Shown: positions 1-11,295, counted from the stretch's first letter. The stretch: 64,000 nt of DNA from an uncultured Mycoplasmatota bacterium (GCA_900549625.1 URPE01000002.1:66885-130884), one strand, 5' to 3'. Program-made: numbers and translations. Notes: generated by a model not told the origin, from the sequence alone.

Positions 1-19
1 TTATCCTTAAATACTCACG

Positions 20-42
20 GCCGTTTAGACGGCTCTTTTTTT
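20..42 (+). terminator. Rho-independent terminator (GCCGT-ttag-ACGGC hairpin followed by a T-run), probably for a plus-strand gene ending left of the window
   Basis: perfect 5-bp GC-rich stem followed by TCTTTTTTT on the plus strand. Confidence 0.45.
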
Positions 43-46
43 ATCT

Positions 47-316
47 TCATTTAACTAAATACTTATCTAAAAGACACTTAGCTAACTCTTCTCCTTCTTT
101 AGTTAAAGTTATACTTTTATTGCTATGTTTACTATCATATAAATAATTTTCATCAACTAATTCATTTAAAATATCAAATGAATAACCCTTCCAACAAACT
201 TTTGCCTTTGTAGAAATAATTTCATTATTCTCATAAACATAACCTTCTTCTTCCCATGATGATAAATACATTAATAACAATGTTAATTCTTTAATTTCTT
301 CTTTCACTAAACTCAC
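47..316 (-). CDS. hypothetical protein (89 aa)
   Basis: ORF only, no recognisable motif. Confidence 0.35.
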   Translation of the reverse strand: MSLVKEEIKELTLLLMYLSSWEEEGYVYENNEIISTKAKVCWKGYSFDILNELVDENYLYDSKHSNKSITLTKEGEELAKCLLDKYLVK

Positions 317-602
317 CTATCCCATATCTAATCTCTATTAACTATGTCATACAACTATACACATTAATGGCTTAATATAAGTTTATATAATAAAAAAACT
401 TTTTTCAAGTACTCAAAAATATCAAAAATTAACAAAAATTACAAAAAATTGTTTAAAAAAAAAGAAAATCAACCTTTCATCTTGAATAATATAAGTAGAG
501 GATAATTTTTATTCTCTAAAAAAGAAAGGAGGATTTATGTACAGTTTAATTCAATTTTTCTTATTTGCTATCTGGGAATACTTTGACAAACTAAGAAGAT
601 AA

Positions 603-1667
603 TTAGTTCATTCCCGTTATAAGCATTCTTAAAACTGCAATTAAATTTCTTTTTGTTGCGGCAGGCACACTAGTAAGATTTTTCATCAATTGTAATAATG
701 TTGAAATTTTAAAATCCTTAAGTTGCATAATATTACTAATGCCCGCTTGGGAAAAGACAGCAAAAAAAGTTTCTACAAAATTTTTACGCTCTTCTATACT
801 CATGTCGTCTATATATGCTTTTAAATTAGTTTCTAATTTTCTACTTTTTTTAGATAATTCAGTTTTTACAAGTTGTCCTCCGAAACATTCCCATGTATAG
901 GCATCATGAGATAGAACACCATATCCACTACTATTTACTACTGTATATGTACCATTACCAAGTATCATTCCAATAACGCTATCTTTTGGTACAATCCATT
1001 CTAACTTAGTACTCATTTGTGCATATTTTTTTGATTCATATACAGCACCTAAAAAACCTGGTCCATCATAATTATAAACTTTTTCTACCCTTTTCTTTAA
1101 CTTTTCATTACCGTACATATAGGCATACATGGCTAAATTTCCACCTTTACTATGTCCTCCTACTATAATTTTTCTATCCCAAAAATTAATAGTTTCATTA
1201 AAATAGTCCCTTGCCATTTCTTGTGAATAAATTGGATTTTTATATATCAATTCAAAATCTTCTTTCCAACCAATTACGTTACTATCCGTTCCTTCATAAG
1301 ATACATATGTTATCCCATTAGTAAGTCGAATTGTTAAAGCACCAAACTGTCCTTTTTCGCCAACACTTGGATTATAATGATACAATTTAGTATGATAAAA
1401 ACGTTTAGAACTACCAAGAAGAGTCATTAATTTATAAGAATTTGGAAATAACCAGTTTTCTTTTTTAAAATCATCTTCACAATACCTTTCTAAGAAATAA
1501 GTAACTGCATCTTCCAAATAAATATATTCTTTAATACCCCTTGGTACAATATCATCAAATTTAACATAACTTAAAACTCCAAGTATTAAGGCATCAACCT
1601 CATTAAAAACAAATTCTTTAAAACTTATATCTTTATAAAAATCTAAATAGTCAAATATGTTTTTCAT
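603..1667 (-). CDS. alpha/beta-hydrolase (lipase-fold, DUF2974/Mbeg1-like) protein
   Basis: GHSKGG nucleophile-elbow (GxSxG) motif in a 354-aa ORF. Confidence 0.5.
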   Translation of the reverse strand: MKNIFDYLDFYKDISFKEFVFNEVDALILGVLSYVKFDDIVPRGIKEYIYLEDAVTYFLERYCEDDFKKENWLFPNSYKLMTLLGSSKRFYHTKLYHYNPSVGEKGQFGALTIRLTNGITYVSYEGTDSNVIGWKEDFELIYKNPIYSQEMARDYFNETINFWDRKIIVGGHSKGGNLAMYAYMYGNEKLKKRVEKVYNYDGPGFLGAVYESKKYAQMSTKLEWIVPKDSVIGMILGNGTYTVVNSSGYGVLSHDAYTWECFGGQLVKTELSKKSRKLETNLKAYIDDMSIEERKNFVETFFAVFSQAGISNIMQLKDFKISTLLQLMKNLTSVPAATKRNLIAVLRMLITGMN

Positions 1668-1742
1668 TTATTTTCCTCTTTTCATAATTGTTTCAATTTA
1701 AAAACTTTGTTATAATCATTGTATCATAGAAAGTAGGTAGTT

Positions 1743-3038
1743 ATGAACAAGAAAAAAACTTTATTAATAATAATAATTATTATAATTTTAGCAATGATAG
1801 TATCTTACAGTATCTTTAAATATTCTAATAGTCTTGAACAAAAAGTTGAAAGTAATACATATGCAAGTATTAATGAGTACGCTATATATGGTATTCACTT
1901 TCGTATAAAAGGTTCCATAACATTAGATGAAGAAGTAGATGATTTAAAACTAGTTTTAAAAAATAATAATGAAGAAACAGAACTATCAACTATCTATACT
2001 AATAAAGACAACACTTACACTTTTAAAAACAGTGAATATATTAATGAAGGATTAAATTTAGAAAAATTAAAAATTACAAAATCATATTTACTTATTAAAA
2101 CAACTACAAGTAATAAAACTAAGTATTATACTTTAAAAAACGATACCGAATATAATAACTTAGAATACTACACTATAACTAACAACAATAAAAATAATAA
2201 AATAAATGTTAATTGGCTTTCTTTAAAAGACAAACCATTTTTAGAATTTCAAGTTAAAAAAGAAAGTTTACCAGATAACGTTTATGATATAACTATTGAT
2301 CCAGGTCATGATAGCACAGACCCCGGCACAGTTGGATGCCTTGATGGTTCTATTCCATCTTCCAGTGGTTATTGCATTAACAACGATGCCATCTATGAAA
2401 ATGATATGAATTTAAAAGTATCTCAAGCATTAAAAGACAAATTAACAAGCATGGGTTATAAAGTTATTATGACAAGAAATAGTGAAAGTGATACAGTAAA
2501 TATATATGACCCATATGGCTCTGCTACCATGGCCAATGATACACATTCTAAGTTTAACATAGCAATTCACCATAATTCATCTGGTATGGGTGGTGAAAAC
2601 TCTTTAAAAGGATTAGAACTATACATTGCCAATGATACAAATACTGATTTAGCAGAAATGTTCATAAGTAATATAACCAAAGAGGCAAGTACTTGGACTT
2701 CTCCAAAAATGAAATATAAAATTGGCAATGGTATTTATGAAAGATTTTTTGAAGAATATGAAATAGATGACGAACACACTTATTGGAACACCTCTATGAT
2801 TTACTATTACTATATTCGTGAGGTTGGTGGCATATCTACCCATGCAGCTCAAAATATAGCCCGAAATGGTTATCCTAAAAATGAACACTATAATTCTAAC
2901 AACACTGCAGAACCTTATCTTTTTGAATTAGGTTACTTAGATAATTATTCAGACTTACATAACTTAATAGACAATCGTGAAAAATACGCTCGTGCAATAG
3001 CAAATGCCATACAAGAATACTTAACAAATGAAGACTAA
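1743..3038 (+). CDS. N-acetylmuramoyl-L-alanine amidase (Amidase_3 family) with N-terminal membrane anchor
   Basis: IDPGHDSTDPG Amidase_3 signature; hydrophobic N-terminus. Confidence 0.6.
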   Translation: MNKKKTLLIIIIIIILAMIVSYSIFKYSNSLEQKVESNTYASINEYAIYGIHFRIKGSITLDEEVDDLKLVLKNNNEETELSTIYTNKDNTYTFKNSEYINEGLNLEKLKITKSYLLIKTTTSNKTKYYTLKNDTEYNNLEYYTITNNNKNNKINVNWLSLKDKPFLEFQVKKESLPDNVYDITIDPGHDSTDPGTVGCLDGSIPSSSGYCINNDAIYENDMNLKVSQALKDKLTSMGYKVIMTRNSESDTVNIYDPYGSATMANDTHSKFNIAIHHNSSGMGGENSLKGLELYIANDTNTDLAEMFISNITKEASTWTSPKMKYKIGNGIYERFFEEYEIDDEHTYWNTSMIYYYYIREVGGISTHAAQNIARNGYPKNEHYNSNNTAEPYLFELGYLDNYSDLHNLIDNREKYARAIANAIQEYLTNED

Positions 3039-3067
3039 AAGAACTTATCAACACCAGATAAGTTTTT

Positions 3068-4441
3068 TTAATTTCCAATAATAAACGGATTTTCTTTAGT
3101 ACCTATTCCAGATACTATTTTCACTGTTGGTTTTAAATAAACTACAGGCTTAACTCCATTAACATATGCTGTATCTGGAACATTCACAAATCCGTTAGCA
3201 CCAACATACCAAGAATGTGTAGCATCAGAAGCATCACGAGTTGGTGTTAAACTCCATTGACTACTTACACTATCATGAAGCCAATTATTGGAAACACAAT
3301 TTTCTGCAATACTACTTGACCATTGTAAAAGAGGAATATTTAAACAATTAGCACGATTAATAAAAGAACCATCATACATAGCATATCCATAATCTGAAAG
3401 ATAAAATAAACCAACTTTACCAATCCATGTTAAGTTTCTAGTAGTTGTATCATTACATTTATCACCGCTTGTACACTCTTTACCATGAGTATTTCCTCTT
3501 TCTATTCTATAATAATATGAACTATATCCACTATCATAATTCCAACCAATAGATCCTAAATTCCATAAAGCATCACCTATTAAACTTTTTAAATTAGATT
3601 TTAACCCTGTACTTGTAAAATCACAAGCAATTGTTTGATTATTTTGGCCATGATAGCAGATTCCAGATCTATCATCCCAATATAAAGAACCACCTACTGA
3701 TTCACTTTCATACCCTGGATTTAATAACTTCATTATATCCGCTCTGCTCCACTCATTTACTCCCCATCCTGAATTTACACTTGATTCACTACTATCCCAT
3801 GAATATGACCCAATACTTTCATTTCTAATTAATTTAACTCGGTCACTTTTATTTCCAGTACCATCATCAATGTTTTTCATTACTCCAATAATACGCCACA
3901 ATTCACCATCGACACTTACATAGTTATTTGGATTAGCACCAATATACCTTATATTTCCTCCTGCTTCATCAATAGCTAAATCATAGCTATTATACATTTC
4001 TAAAGATTTTATATAATCACTTAAAGCTATGTCAAATTTCTTAAAATATAAATCACATCTTGTTCTTGTATAATCAGTCGCATTATAGTTTTCATAGCTT
4101 GTTATAACCGCATAGTTATTTTCATCAAAAGAAATAGTAACACCATTTGTACAGGTGCTTTTTGTAATATCTAAAGTATAACCACTACCTTTTTTAGGAA
4201 TTTCTCTCGTTATATCATCATCAACATAATAAGCAAAATAAATATCTCCCGGATCTTGCACTTCACCATTTATTACATTAAAATGTTTCTCTTCCCTAAA
4301 CACAGCATAACTCTTAAAATAAAACATCAAAGAAATAAAAATAATTATTACAAAAAGAAAACATGCAATAACTATTCCTAAATTATTATTACTCCTAAAC
4401 TTTACTAGTCGCACATTATCACCTCTAACACGATATATCAT
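3068..4441 (-). CDS. membrane-anchored secreted protein of unknown function
   Basis: N-terminal TM helix, Cys/Trp/Tyr-rich extracellular part, no family recognised. Confidence 0.4.
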   Translation of the reverse strand: MIYRVRGDNVRLVKFRSNNNLGIVIACFLFVIIIFISLMFYFKSYAVFREEKHFNVINGEVQDPGDIYFAYYVDDDITREIPKKGSGYTLDITKSTCTNGVTISFDENNYAVITSYENYNATDYTRTRCDLYFKKFDIALSDYIKSLEMYNSYDLAIDEAGGNIRYIGANPNNYVSVDGELWRIIGVMKNIDDGTGNKSDRVKLIRNESIGSYSWDSSESSVNSGWGVNEWSRADIMKLLNPGYESESVGGSLYWDDRSGICYHGQNNQTIACDFTSTGLKSNLKSLIGDALWNLGSIGWNYDSGYSSYYYRIERGNTHGKECTSGDKCNDTTTRNLTWIGKVGLFYLSDYGYAMYDGSFINRANCLNIPLLQWSSSIAENCVSNNWLHDSVSSQWSLTPTRDASDATHSWYVGANGFVNVPDTAYVNGVKPVVYLKPTVKIVSGIGTKENPFIIGN

Positions 4442-4516
4442 GTATCATAAATCAATTATACATGAATTATCATGTACATTCAATACATTTATTTTCATGT
4501 ATGAGAAAATCTAAAC

Positions 4517-4756
4517 GTGATGCATATGAATATAAAAAGACTAAAAGAAATACGAGAAAGAAAAGGTTTATTTCAAAAAGATATTGCCAAATTATTAAAT
4601 ACCACTCAACAAGTTTATAGCGAATATGAACTAGGTGTCCGTCTAATACCTTTAGACAAAATAGATAAATTAGCAAATTTTTACGACGTAAGTGTAGATT
4701 ATTTAATAAATAGAACAGATGAAAAAAAGCCCTATCCAAATAAAAAAGAACATTAA
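4517..4756 (+). CDS. XRE-family helix-turn-helix transcriptional regulator
   Basis: HTH_XRE-like segment QKDIAKLLNTTQQVYSEYE. Confidence 0.6.
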   Translation: MMHMNIKRLKEIRERKGLFQKDIAKLLNTTQQVYSEYELGVRLIPLDKIDKLANFYDVSVDYLINRTDEKKPYPNKKEH

Positions 4757-4758
4757 AA

Positions 4759-4788
4759 AACATAGACAACTTATCTATGTTTTTTCTA
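4759..4788. terminator. bidirectional hairpin terminator between convergent XRE gene and htrA
   Basis: CATAGACAAC..TTATCTATG inverted repeat followed by TTTTTT on plus strand and T-rich on minus. Confidence 0.45.
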
Positions 4789-5928
4789 TTAACTAGCTTT
4801 TTGATCAAGTGTTACATTAATTTCAACAGTCTCAGTACCACGCATAACTTTAAGTTTCATCGTTTCCCCTACACTGTGATTATAAAGCAGATATCTTAAA
4901 TAAGCCAAATTAGTAACCTCTTTATCATCTGCTCCAACAATAATATCACCAGTTTTTAAACCAGCCTTAGCAGCAGGAGCTCCAGAAGTAACACTTTCAA
5001 CATAAACACCAGATTCTAAAGAACTAGTATTTAAAGAAGGATGATAATATTTAGCTTCACTTAAATTACGCATAGATATACCAAGTTGAGGTCTTTCAAT
5101 TGTTTCACCTTTTTCTTCCTTAGCAGCATAATTTAAAGCTGTTTCAATTGGAATAGCAAATCCCATTCCTTCAATACTTGCTGTCGTAGAACTACTACCA
5201 GAAGATAACTTTAATGACGTAATACCAATAACCTCACCATTCGCGTTCATTAAAGGTCCCCCAGAATTACCAGAGTTAATAGCCGCATCGGTTTGTAAAA
5301 CACTCATCATCATATCAGACGTACTTGAATTACTTGTAGATACACTAACAAGTCTATTTTTACCAGAAACAATACCTCTTGTAACCGTACCAGAATATGT
5401 ATTAGAATCTATTGGTGCTCCAACAGTAAACACTGTATCTCCTACTCTTGCATCTTCACTACTACCCATTGTAGCCACTGTTGTAACATGTTCACTAGAT
5501 ATTGCTAAAACAGCTGTATCAGAATAACTATCTCGTCCCTTTACTTTTGTCTCTACCACATTGCCATCATTAAATTCAGCATATATAGCATCACCACTTT
5601 CAATAACGTGATTATTAGTTAAGACATATGCAGTATCACCATCTTTTTTATAAACAAATCCAGTTCCAGTAGCGTAAAGTTGTTTATTTTTATATGTCTT
5701 TACAACTACAACCGCATCATACACTTTTTCTACCGCATCAGCAATACCAGTATCCGTAACAGTTACATTCTTAACTTCTTTTTGTTCCGTAATAGTCTTC
5801 ACAAAAGGCTCAGGAAAAAAATACATGAGTGCATATAATCCTGCTGCCCCCACAAAAACCATTAAAATACTTATTAATACATACTTTCCTGCACTATGAA
5901 CAGTTACTACTTTTTCTTTCTTTTCCAT
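4789..5928 (-). CDS. htrA: HtrA/DegP-family serine protease (trypsin domain plus PDZ), membrane anchored
   Basis: GNSGGPL catalytic serine motif, TNNHV histidine region, N-terminal TM, C-terminal PDZ-like segment. Confidence 0.8.
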   Translation of the reverse strand: MEKKEKVVTVHSAGKYVLISILMVFVGAAGLYALMYFFPEPFVKTITEQKEVKNVTVTDTGIADAVEKVYDAVVVVKTYKNKQLYATGTGFVYKKDGDTAYVLTNNHVIESGDAIYAEFNDGNVVETKVKGRDSYSDTAVLAISSEHVTTVATMGSSEDARVGDTVFTVGAPIDSNTYSGTVTRGIVSGKNRLVSVSTSNSSTSDMMMSVLQTDAAINSGNSGGPLMNANGEVIGITSLKLSSGSSSTTASIEGMGFAIPIETALNYAAKEEKGETIERPQLGISMRNLSEAKYYHPSLNTSSLESGVYVESVTSGAPAAKAGLKTGDIIVGADDKEVTNLAYLRYLLYNHSVGETMKLKVMRGTETVEINVTLDQKAS

Positions 5929-5930
5929 TT

Positions 5931-6857
5931 CTATAACCTCACAATCTCTCCATAATTTATTGGAAATCCCATTCTATCAAATACTTTTTCTACAGGAATC
6001 GTCTTCAACCGATCACTAAGTATCTGAATTTCAAATTCAAGTTCACTCATTAACAAGAAAAAATCATCCTTTCTAAGCATTTGTTTCAAAATTAAAACTA
6101 TTGCAAACAAATCATTCTTACCATAAATATACTCATCATTAACTTGGGGTATTTTAAGTAAATTATGATACTTAGTATCCGGAATATTTCTTTGGGCCTT
6201 ATGTTCAAAAAGAATATCTTCATGTGCACACAAATTTCTAAAATTAGCTAAAACCGGTAAATATATTTCCAACGTTTCTTTAGCTAAATTAAAATCATTA
6301 GCAACAATTTCTTGATCATCCGGTTTTAAAATTTGAAAAAGTTCACTTACAATCCCAAATGACAAAACTTTCACTGCAATCCACATTGGTACATATCCAT
6401 ATTTTTCTGAATAATGCATCGTTGCTTGATGCTGTCCTCCATTAATTCTAATTTGTCTTTTCATCTTCCTAAGTAAATCATCAACTTGTTTTTTTCTTTT
6501 CCTATCCAGCACAAAGTTCTTAGGGTTTAAATATTCATCTTCTCTTATACCATAACGACTTGATAAATGAAAAGCCATTATACTTTTAATATTGTTTTCT
6601 ATTATAAGCAAATTTTTAAATAAAATATTCCTAACATGTCTGTCAAACTGAAACATTGAGTAAAGTTCATCAAAAGTTGTTCCTGGCAAGAATTTTTTAT
6701 TTTCTTGACTTTCCATAAAAAGCATCCTATAACCACTTATAAAGAAATAATTCTCTCGCAAAAGAATATCTTTTGTTTCTGGAATGTCGTTAATGATTAG
6801 CCCTTTACTTTGCAATATTTCAACTTGTTCATCTAGTGTTTTAAAAACTTTTGCCAT
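5931..6857 (-). CDS. Abi_2 (AbiD/AbiF-like) abortive-infection family protein
   Basis: 308-aa protein with N-terminal pattern typical of Abi_2 family; 3 nt downstream of htrA. Confidence 0.5.
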   Translation of the reverse strand: MAKVFKTLDEQVEILQSKGLIINDIPETKDILLRENYFFISGYRMLFMESQENKKFLPGTTFDELYSMFQFDRHVRNILFKNLLIIENNIKSIMAFHLSSRYGIREDEYLNPKNFVLDRKRKKQVDDLLRKMKRQIRINGGQHQATMHYSEKYGYVPMWIAVKVLSFGIVSELFQILKPDDQEIVANDFNLAKETLEIYLPVLANFRNLCAHEDILFEHKAQRNIPDTKYHNLLKIPQVNDEYIYGKNDLFAIVLILKQMLRKDDFFLLMSELEFEIQILSDRLKTIPVEKVFDRMGFPINYGEIVRL

Positions 6858-6953
6858 ACTAGCACCCCAAATTCTAAAAATATTATATCACAAAGTACAT
6901 ATATATAATAGTTGTAAATCATGTTAGTAAAGTTATAATTTTGTGAAAATTTA

Positions 6954-7946
6954 GTGAAATACCATGCTATAATAATTAATAAGGTGATTTTTATGCCATC
7001 AATTGTAACACATTATTATTTTGGCAATGACGTATTAAAACGTTTACCTACTAATATAAAAAAGAAAATTAACAAAGAAAAAGCCATATATGATATCTTT
7101 TTACAAAGTTTCGATAATTTATTTTACTATAAATTTTTTACACCATTTCTAGGTAAGAAAGAAAGAGACTTAGGTTATAACGCTCAAAAAGAAAATGTAA
7201 AAAAGTACTTCAAAAACATCCTAATTACAGTTAAAGATAATCAAACAAATGAAAATATAAGTTACTTATATGGTAGTATTTGTCATTATGTATTAGATAG
7301 TTTATGTCATCCCTTTGTTATTTATAACACTGGTCTAGATACATTAAATAAAAAATATAATGGCCTTCATGAAAAAATGGAAGTTAACATTGATGCTCAA
7401 GTATACAAATATAAAACAGGCACTAACTTAAAAGACGCTACAATAAACAATATGCTTTTACCTAAAATAAAATTTAGTAATAATCTAAAAGAAACAATTA
7501 ATGAGGTCTTTTATAAAACCTTTAATATTAAAAATATGGGTAACGTTTATGAAAAAAGTATGCATACAGGCAATATCATTCTAAAGTATTTTGTTACTGA
7601 TAAATTAGGAATTAAAAAAAATATCTATAAATTAAGAGACTTTATCTGTCATAAAAAGAAATACCAGTATTTAAGTTTTCATGTTACAAAGCTAGATACT
7701 AACTATTTAAACTTAGAACATAACAAATGGGTCTATCCAGTTGATAATCAAATAATTAAAACAGATTCCTTTGAAGATTTATACATAAAAGCAATTAAAA
7801 AAAGCACTTATCTAATAACTAGCATTGATGAGTACTTAAATAATGAAATCGACTTAAAAGAGACCCTAGAAATAATAGGTAACACCTCTTACGTTACCGG
7901 CATCGATTGTAACTCCAAAAAAGAAATGCAATACTTTAAATTTTAA
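6954..7946 (+). CDS. hypothetical protein (330 aa)
   Basis: ORF with decent RBS context; N-terminal VTHYYFGND; no secure family. Confidence 0.35.
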   Translation: MKYHAIIINKVIFMPSIVTHYYFGNDVLKRLPTNIKKKINKEKAIYDIFLQSFDNLFYYKFFTPFLGKKERDLGYNAQKENVKKYFKNILITVKDNQTNENISYLYGSICHYVLDSLCHPFVIYNTGLDTLNKKYNGLHEKMEVNIDAQVYKYKTGTNLKDATINNMLLPKIKFSNNLKETINEVFYKTFNIKNMGNVYEKSMHTGNIILKYFVTDKLGIKKNIYKLRDFICHKKKYQYLSFHVTKLDTNYLNLEHNKWVYPVDNQIIKTDSFEDLYIKAIKKSTYLITSIDEYLNNEIDLKETLEIIGNTSYVTGIDCNSKKEMQYFKF

Positions 7947-8634
7947 GAAAGGTCTTAGCCACTACTTTAGCATATTCTCTTAAATATTTATCATTAGTAA
8001 GTTTTTCTCTTTCATTTTTATTAGACAAAAAACCACATTCAATAAGAACCCCTGGTACAGTTAATCTCTGATACATATATATCGTATTAGAGATTTTTTT
8101 TATTTCTCTATCAGTCCCTAAATAACTATTTAATTCTTTTTGTAATTTTATAGCAATATCTTTATTTTTATCATTAACAGTACTATAAAATACCTGTGGT
8201 CCATAATAACTAGAATCATCTAAATAATTTAAATGAATAGAAAGATAATAATCAGCCTGACTATTGTTAATCAAAGAAATACGATGATCAAAATCACTTT
8301 TCTTTCTTCTAAATGCATTAGGAGTAGCTAAATCATAATCACCATCTCTAGTTAAAATAACACGTGCTCCAAGTCGTTCTAATTCCTCCTTAAGATAAAG
8401 AACTATTTGCAAATTAATATCTTTTTCATATATAGAGCCACTTATAGTACCCGGGTCTTTTCCTCCATGTCCCGCATCCAAAACAAATAAGTAAGTCCCT
8501 ATATAAGTAGTCGCTTTTATTTTAAAATTCAAAAAAATAGTAATTATTAACATAATAATAAATAGAATAAATAATATTTTCTTCATAATAAAATATATGT
8601 AGGTAACTAAATAATATATACTAGAAATTATCAA
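7936..8634 (-). CDS. cwlD: germination-specific N-acetylmuramoyl-L-alanine amidase CwlD
   Basis: LDAGHGGKDPG Amidase_3 motif, 232 aa, signal anchor; position near rplM-rpsI as in Bacillus. Confidence 0.7.
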   Translation of the reverse strand: MIISSIYYLVTYIYFIMKKILFILFIIMLIITIFLNFKIKATTYIGTYLFVLDAGHGGKDPGTISGSIYEKDINLQIVLYLKEELERLGARVILTRDGDYDLATPNAFRRKKSDFDHRISLINNSQADYYLSIHLNYLDDSSYYGPQVFYSTVNDKNKDIAIKLQKELNSYLGTDREIKKISNTIYMYQRLTVPGVLIECGFLSNKNEREKLTNDKYLREYAKVVAKTFLKI

Positions 8635-8691
8635 AGAAAACTTAAAAAGCAGTAAATACTATTTCATCTCGGCTGTATGTCCATGTGCAGC

Positions 8692-9190
8692 TTAGTGCAT
8701 TTTATTTTGAACTGTCTTAAAAAATTCTTGTGTAATATCTGCTTTAGGATCATAGAGAATAGAAGTCGCATAAATATCAAGTATCTTTCTCCAAAAAACT
8801 TTTTCAGACGATCTAATATCACGAACTCTGGGTAGTAACTCATCAAAATATACTCCGCCACCAGCACGTTTAAGTAAATCGTCATTCATTGTAAATCCTT
8901 TAATCATATATTCAGTTAATCTTTCATTTGCCCATCTTCTAAAATTAGTTCCTATATTAGACCTAACTCCAATTCCAACGGCAGCAATCACATCAAGATT
9001 ATAATAATTCACATTATAATTTTTACCATCACTTGCAGTTGTTCGGAATTTCCGAACAGTTGAAAATTCTTCTAACTCTCCATCTAGAAATATATATTTA
9101 ATATGCTCAGATATATTGAATTTGCTTGAATTATGTAATTTAACTAACTGTTCTTGATTTAACCAAACAGCATTATCCTGTATTTTTACT
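8692..9190 (-). pseudogene. RhuM-family protein remnant (N-terminally broken, frameshifted)
   Basis: ORF 8692..9012 translates to a RhuM-like C-terminal segment (VRDIRSSEKVF..ILDIYATS..EFFKTVQNKMH); an upstream in-register segment (NIEVKIQDNAVWLNQEQL) lies in a different frame without a start codon. Confidence 0.5.
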
Positions 9191-9340
9191 TCAATATTGG
9201 ATATACATCTTTTTTCTCTTTATCTTATTTTTTTGCTAAATGCAAATTAAATTATACTACATTCTTAAATATTACCTATTAACAATGTTCTATTAAAATA
9301 TAACTTAGCAAAAGCAAAAAAATAGTAGCTACAACTACTA

Positions 9341-9874
9341 CTAATCATTAAATTTAGAATATATGTCTTCTAAGTTATCAAAATACATAACATTTTCCTT
9401 TAATATAGTACCGCCAAAATCATCTATTTTCTCTGATACTTTTTTTCCACCATATTTTTGATAAAACAAAAAAGCATCATTTCCCTCTAAAACATTAAGT
9501 ATCATAGAATTAAACCCCATATTTAAAAGTTCTTTAATACCAGTCATAAAAAGACTTTTCCCTAAACCTAGTCCTTGATAATCTTTAAGAATATAAATAG
9601 ACTTTATTTCACCAGAATCTATATAGTCTTGATTTCTTGACTTACCATAAGACATTATCCCAACAACTTTATTACCATCAAGTGCTACATAAAAATTATC
9701 TTTTGTTTTAATAGCATTAATAATTTTAGGAACTCGGTCATCGATTGTTTTAACACGTTCTTCTAATAATTCATCAGGCATTAACCCTTTATAAGTTGTA
9801 AGCCACGTATATGCATTAACATACGCTATATCCTTAGCATTCTCTTCTTTTGCTTTTCTAATTATAAATTCCAT
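9341..9874 (-). CDS. GNAT-family N-acetyltransferase
   Basis: acetyl-CoA-binding motif region QGLGLGKSLF in a 177-aa ORF. Confidence 0.65.
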   Translation of the reverse strand: MEFIIRKAKEENAKDIAYVNAYTWLTTYKGLMPDELLEERVKTIDDRVPKIINAIKTKDNFYVALDGNKVVGIMSYGKSRNQDYIDSGEIKSIYILKDYQGLGLGKSLFMTGIKELLNMGFNSMILNVLEGNDAFLFYQKYGGKKVSEKIDDFGGTILKENVMYFDNLEDIYSKFND

Positions 9875-10212
9875 AAAGAAACACCTCTCCCATATATTTT
9901 ATTATATATTTAGTTAATTATCTACAAATTTATCAATAACTATAACTTACCAAATTATATAATAATTGATTAAACTTAAAATAAGAATTTTTAAATAGCA
10001 TATCCTTTATTAACAAATTTTAAAATAAGTACTACTATGTTTTCTTGTAAGAAAACATAAGGGAGTAAAAAAGCATATGTTTTCCCACAGGAAAATATAA
10101 AGCGCCATTGCCAATTTTTATAATAGTATTTACATATTGCATTAATTTTAAGAACAATTATACATACAAATTATGATACATTTAAGTTTTTCTTTTTTAT
10201 TATCATTTATTT

Positions 10213-10248
10213 ACCCCAAAAGAAAAACCATAAACATTAAGTCTATGG
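10213..10248 (-). terminator. Rho-independent terminator downstream of rpsI
   Basis: CCATAGAC..GTTTATGG hairpin followed by a T-run on the minus strand. Confidence 0.45.
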
Positions 10249-10268
10249 CATTTAGTAAATAGTAAATA

Positions 10269-10685
10269 TTAACGTTTAGAGAATTGTGGAGCTCTACGAG
10301 CTTTTTTAAGACCGTATTTTTTACGTTCTTTAACTCTAGGATCTCTTGTAATCATTCCCGCAGGTTTTAAGATTTTACGATAAGCAGTATCAGCAGTTTG
10401 ATCAGTATTAGCGTCAAATAATAATAATGCTCTTGTAATACCTAATCTAATAGCCCCAGCTTGTCCAGCATATCCGCCACCTTTAACATTAACTGTAATA
10501 TCGAAACGATTTTCATTATTTGTAAGAGTTAGAGGTTGTTTTAAATCTAAAACTAAAATCTTATCAGGCATATATTCATTAACATCTACACCATTAATAA
10601 TAATATTACCTGTACCACTTGTTAAAGTAACTTGTGCTTGAGCACGTTTTCTACGTCCAGTAGCTTTCCAACTTTGTTTTGCCAT
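10269..10685 (-). CDS. rpsI: 30S ribosomal protein S9
   Basis: C-terminal [15 protein letters not shown]..[11 protein letters not shown] signature. Confidence 0.9.
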   Translation of the reverse strand: MAKQSWKATGRRKRAQAQVTLTSGTGNIIINGVDVNEYMPDKILVLDLKQPLTLTNNENRFDITVNVKGGGYAGQAGAIRLGITRALLLFDANTDQTADTAYRKILKPAGMITRDPRVKERKKYGLKKARRAPQFSKR

Positions 10686-10695
10686 AACTTCCTCC

Positions 10696-11127
10696 TTAAT
10701 CTACCTTTAATACTTCTGGTTTTTGAGCTTGATGTTTATGATTTTCATCACGGTAAACAAATAGTTTTTTACCCATTTGTCTTCCTAATCTTCCATGAGG
10801 AAGCATTCCCTTAACAGCTCTTTCCATCATTTCTTCAGGATAATTATTAATCATTTCTTTTGCATTACGTTCTCTAAGTCCTCCAGGGAATCCTGAATGA
10901 TTGTAATACATTTTGTCTTCTAACTTATTACCAGTTAATTTTACTTTGTCTGCATTAATGATTATTACATAATCCCCACAGTCAACACTTGGTGTATAAG
11001 TAGGTTTGTGTTTTCCTCTTAAAACTGTAGCAGCCTTAGTAGCAACACGTCCTAAACTAATACCAGTAGCGTCAATTACATACCATTTACGTTCAACGTT
11101 TTCTTTTTTTTGCAAAAATGTACTCAT
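10696..11127 (-). CDS. rplM: 50S ribosomal protein L13
   Basis: N-terminal [25 protein letters not shown] signature. Confidence 0.9.
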   Translation of the reverse strand: MSTFLQKKENVERKWYVIDATGISLGRVATKAATVLRGKHKPTYTPSVDCGDYVIIINADKVKLTGNKLEDKMYYNHSGFPGGLRERNAKEMINNYPEEMMERAVKGMLPHGRLGRQMGKKLFVYRDENHKHQAQKPEVLKVD

Positions 11128-11295
11128 TTTCTTCTTTTCCTTTCATTCTTCCTTTACAAACATTACTTTCCCAGGGTAATGCCCATAACAAGATAAATAA
11201 AATGTACCGATTAAAATTATAGGTGAGATTTTAAAAAAAGTCAAACAAAATATAACTTAAAATGACTAATTTCATAAAAAAATTGCATATACCCA

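Noticed and set aside
2649-3078. Minus-strand ORFs 2649..2888 and 2896..3078 inside or overlapping the amidase gene
   Set aside because: Antisense to a motif-supported CDS; hydrophobic low-complexity translations with no start context.
4470-4808. 112-aa minus-strand ORF overlapping the XRE regulator gene
   Set aside because: Antisense to the HTH gene and spanning a terminator hairpin; the translation is Leu/Phe-rich with no motif.
8664-8885. 73-aa ORF overlapping the RhuM remnant in another frame
   Set aside because: Alternative-frame artefact within the pseudogene region.
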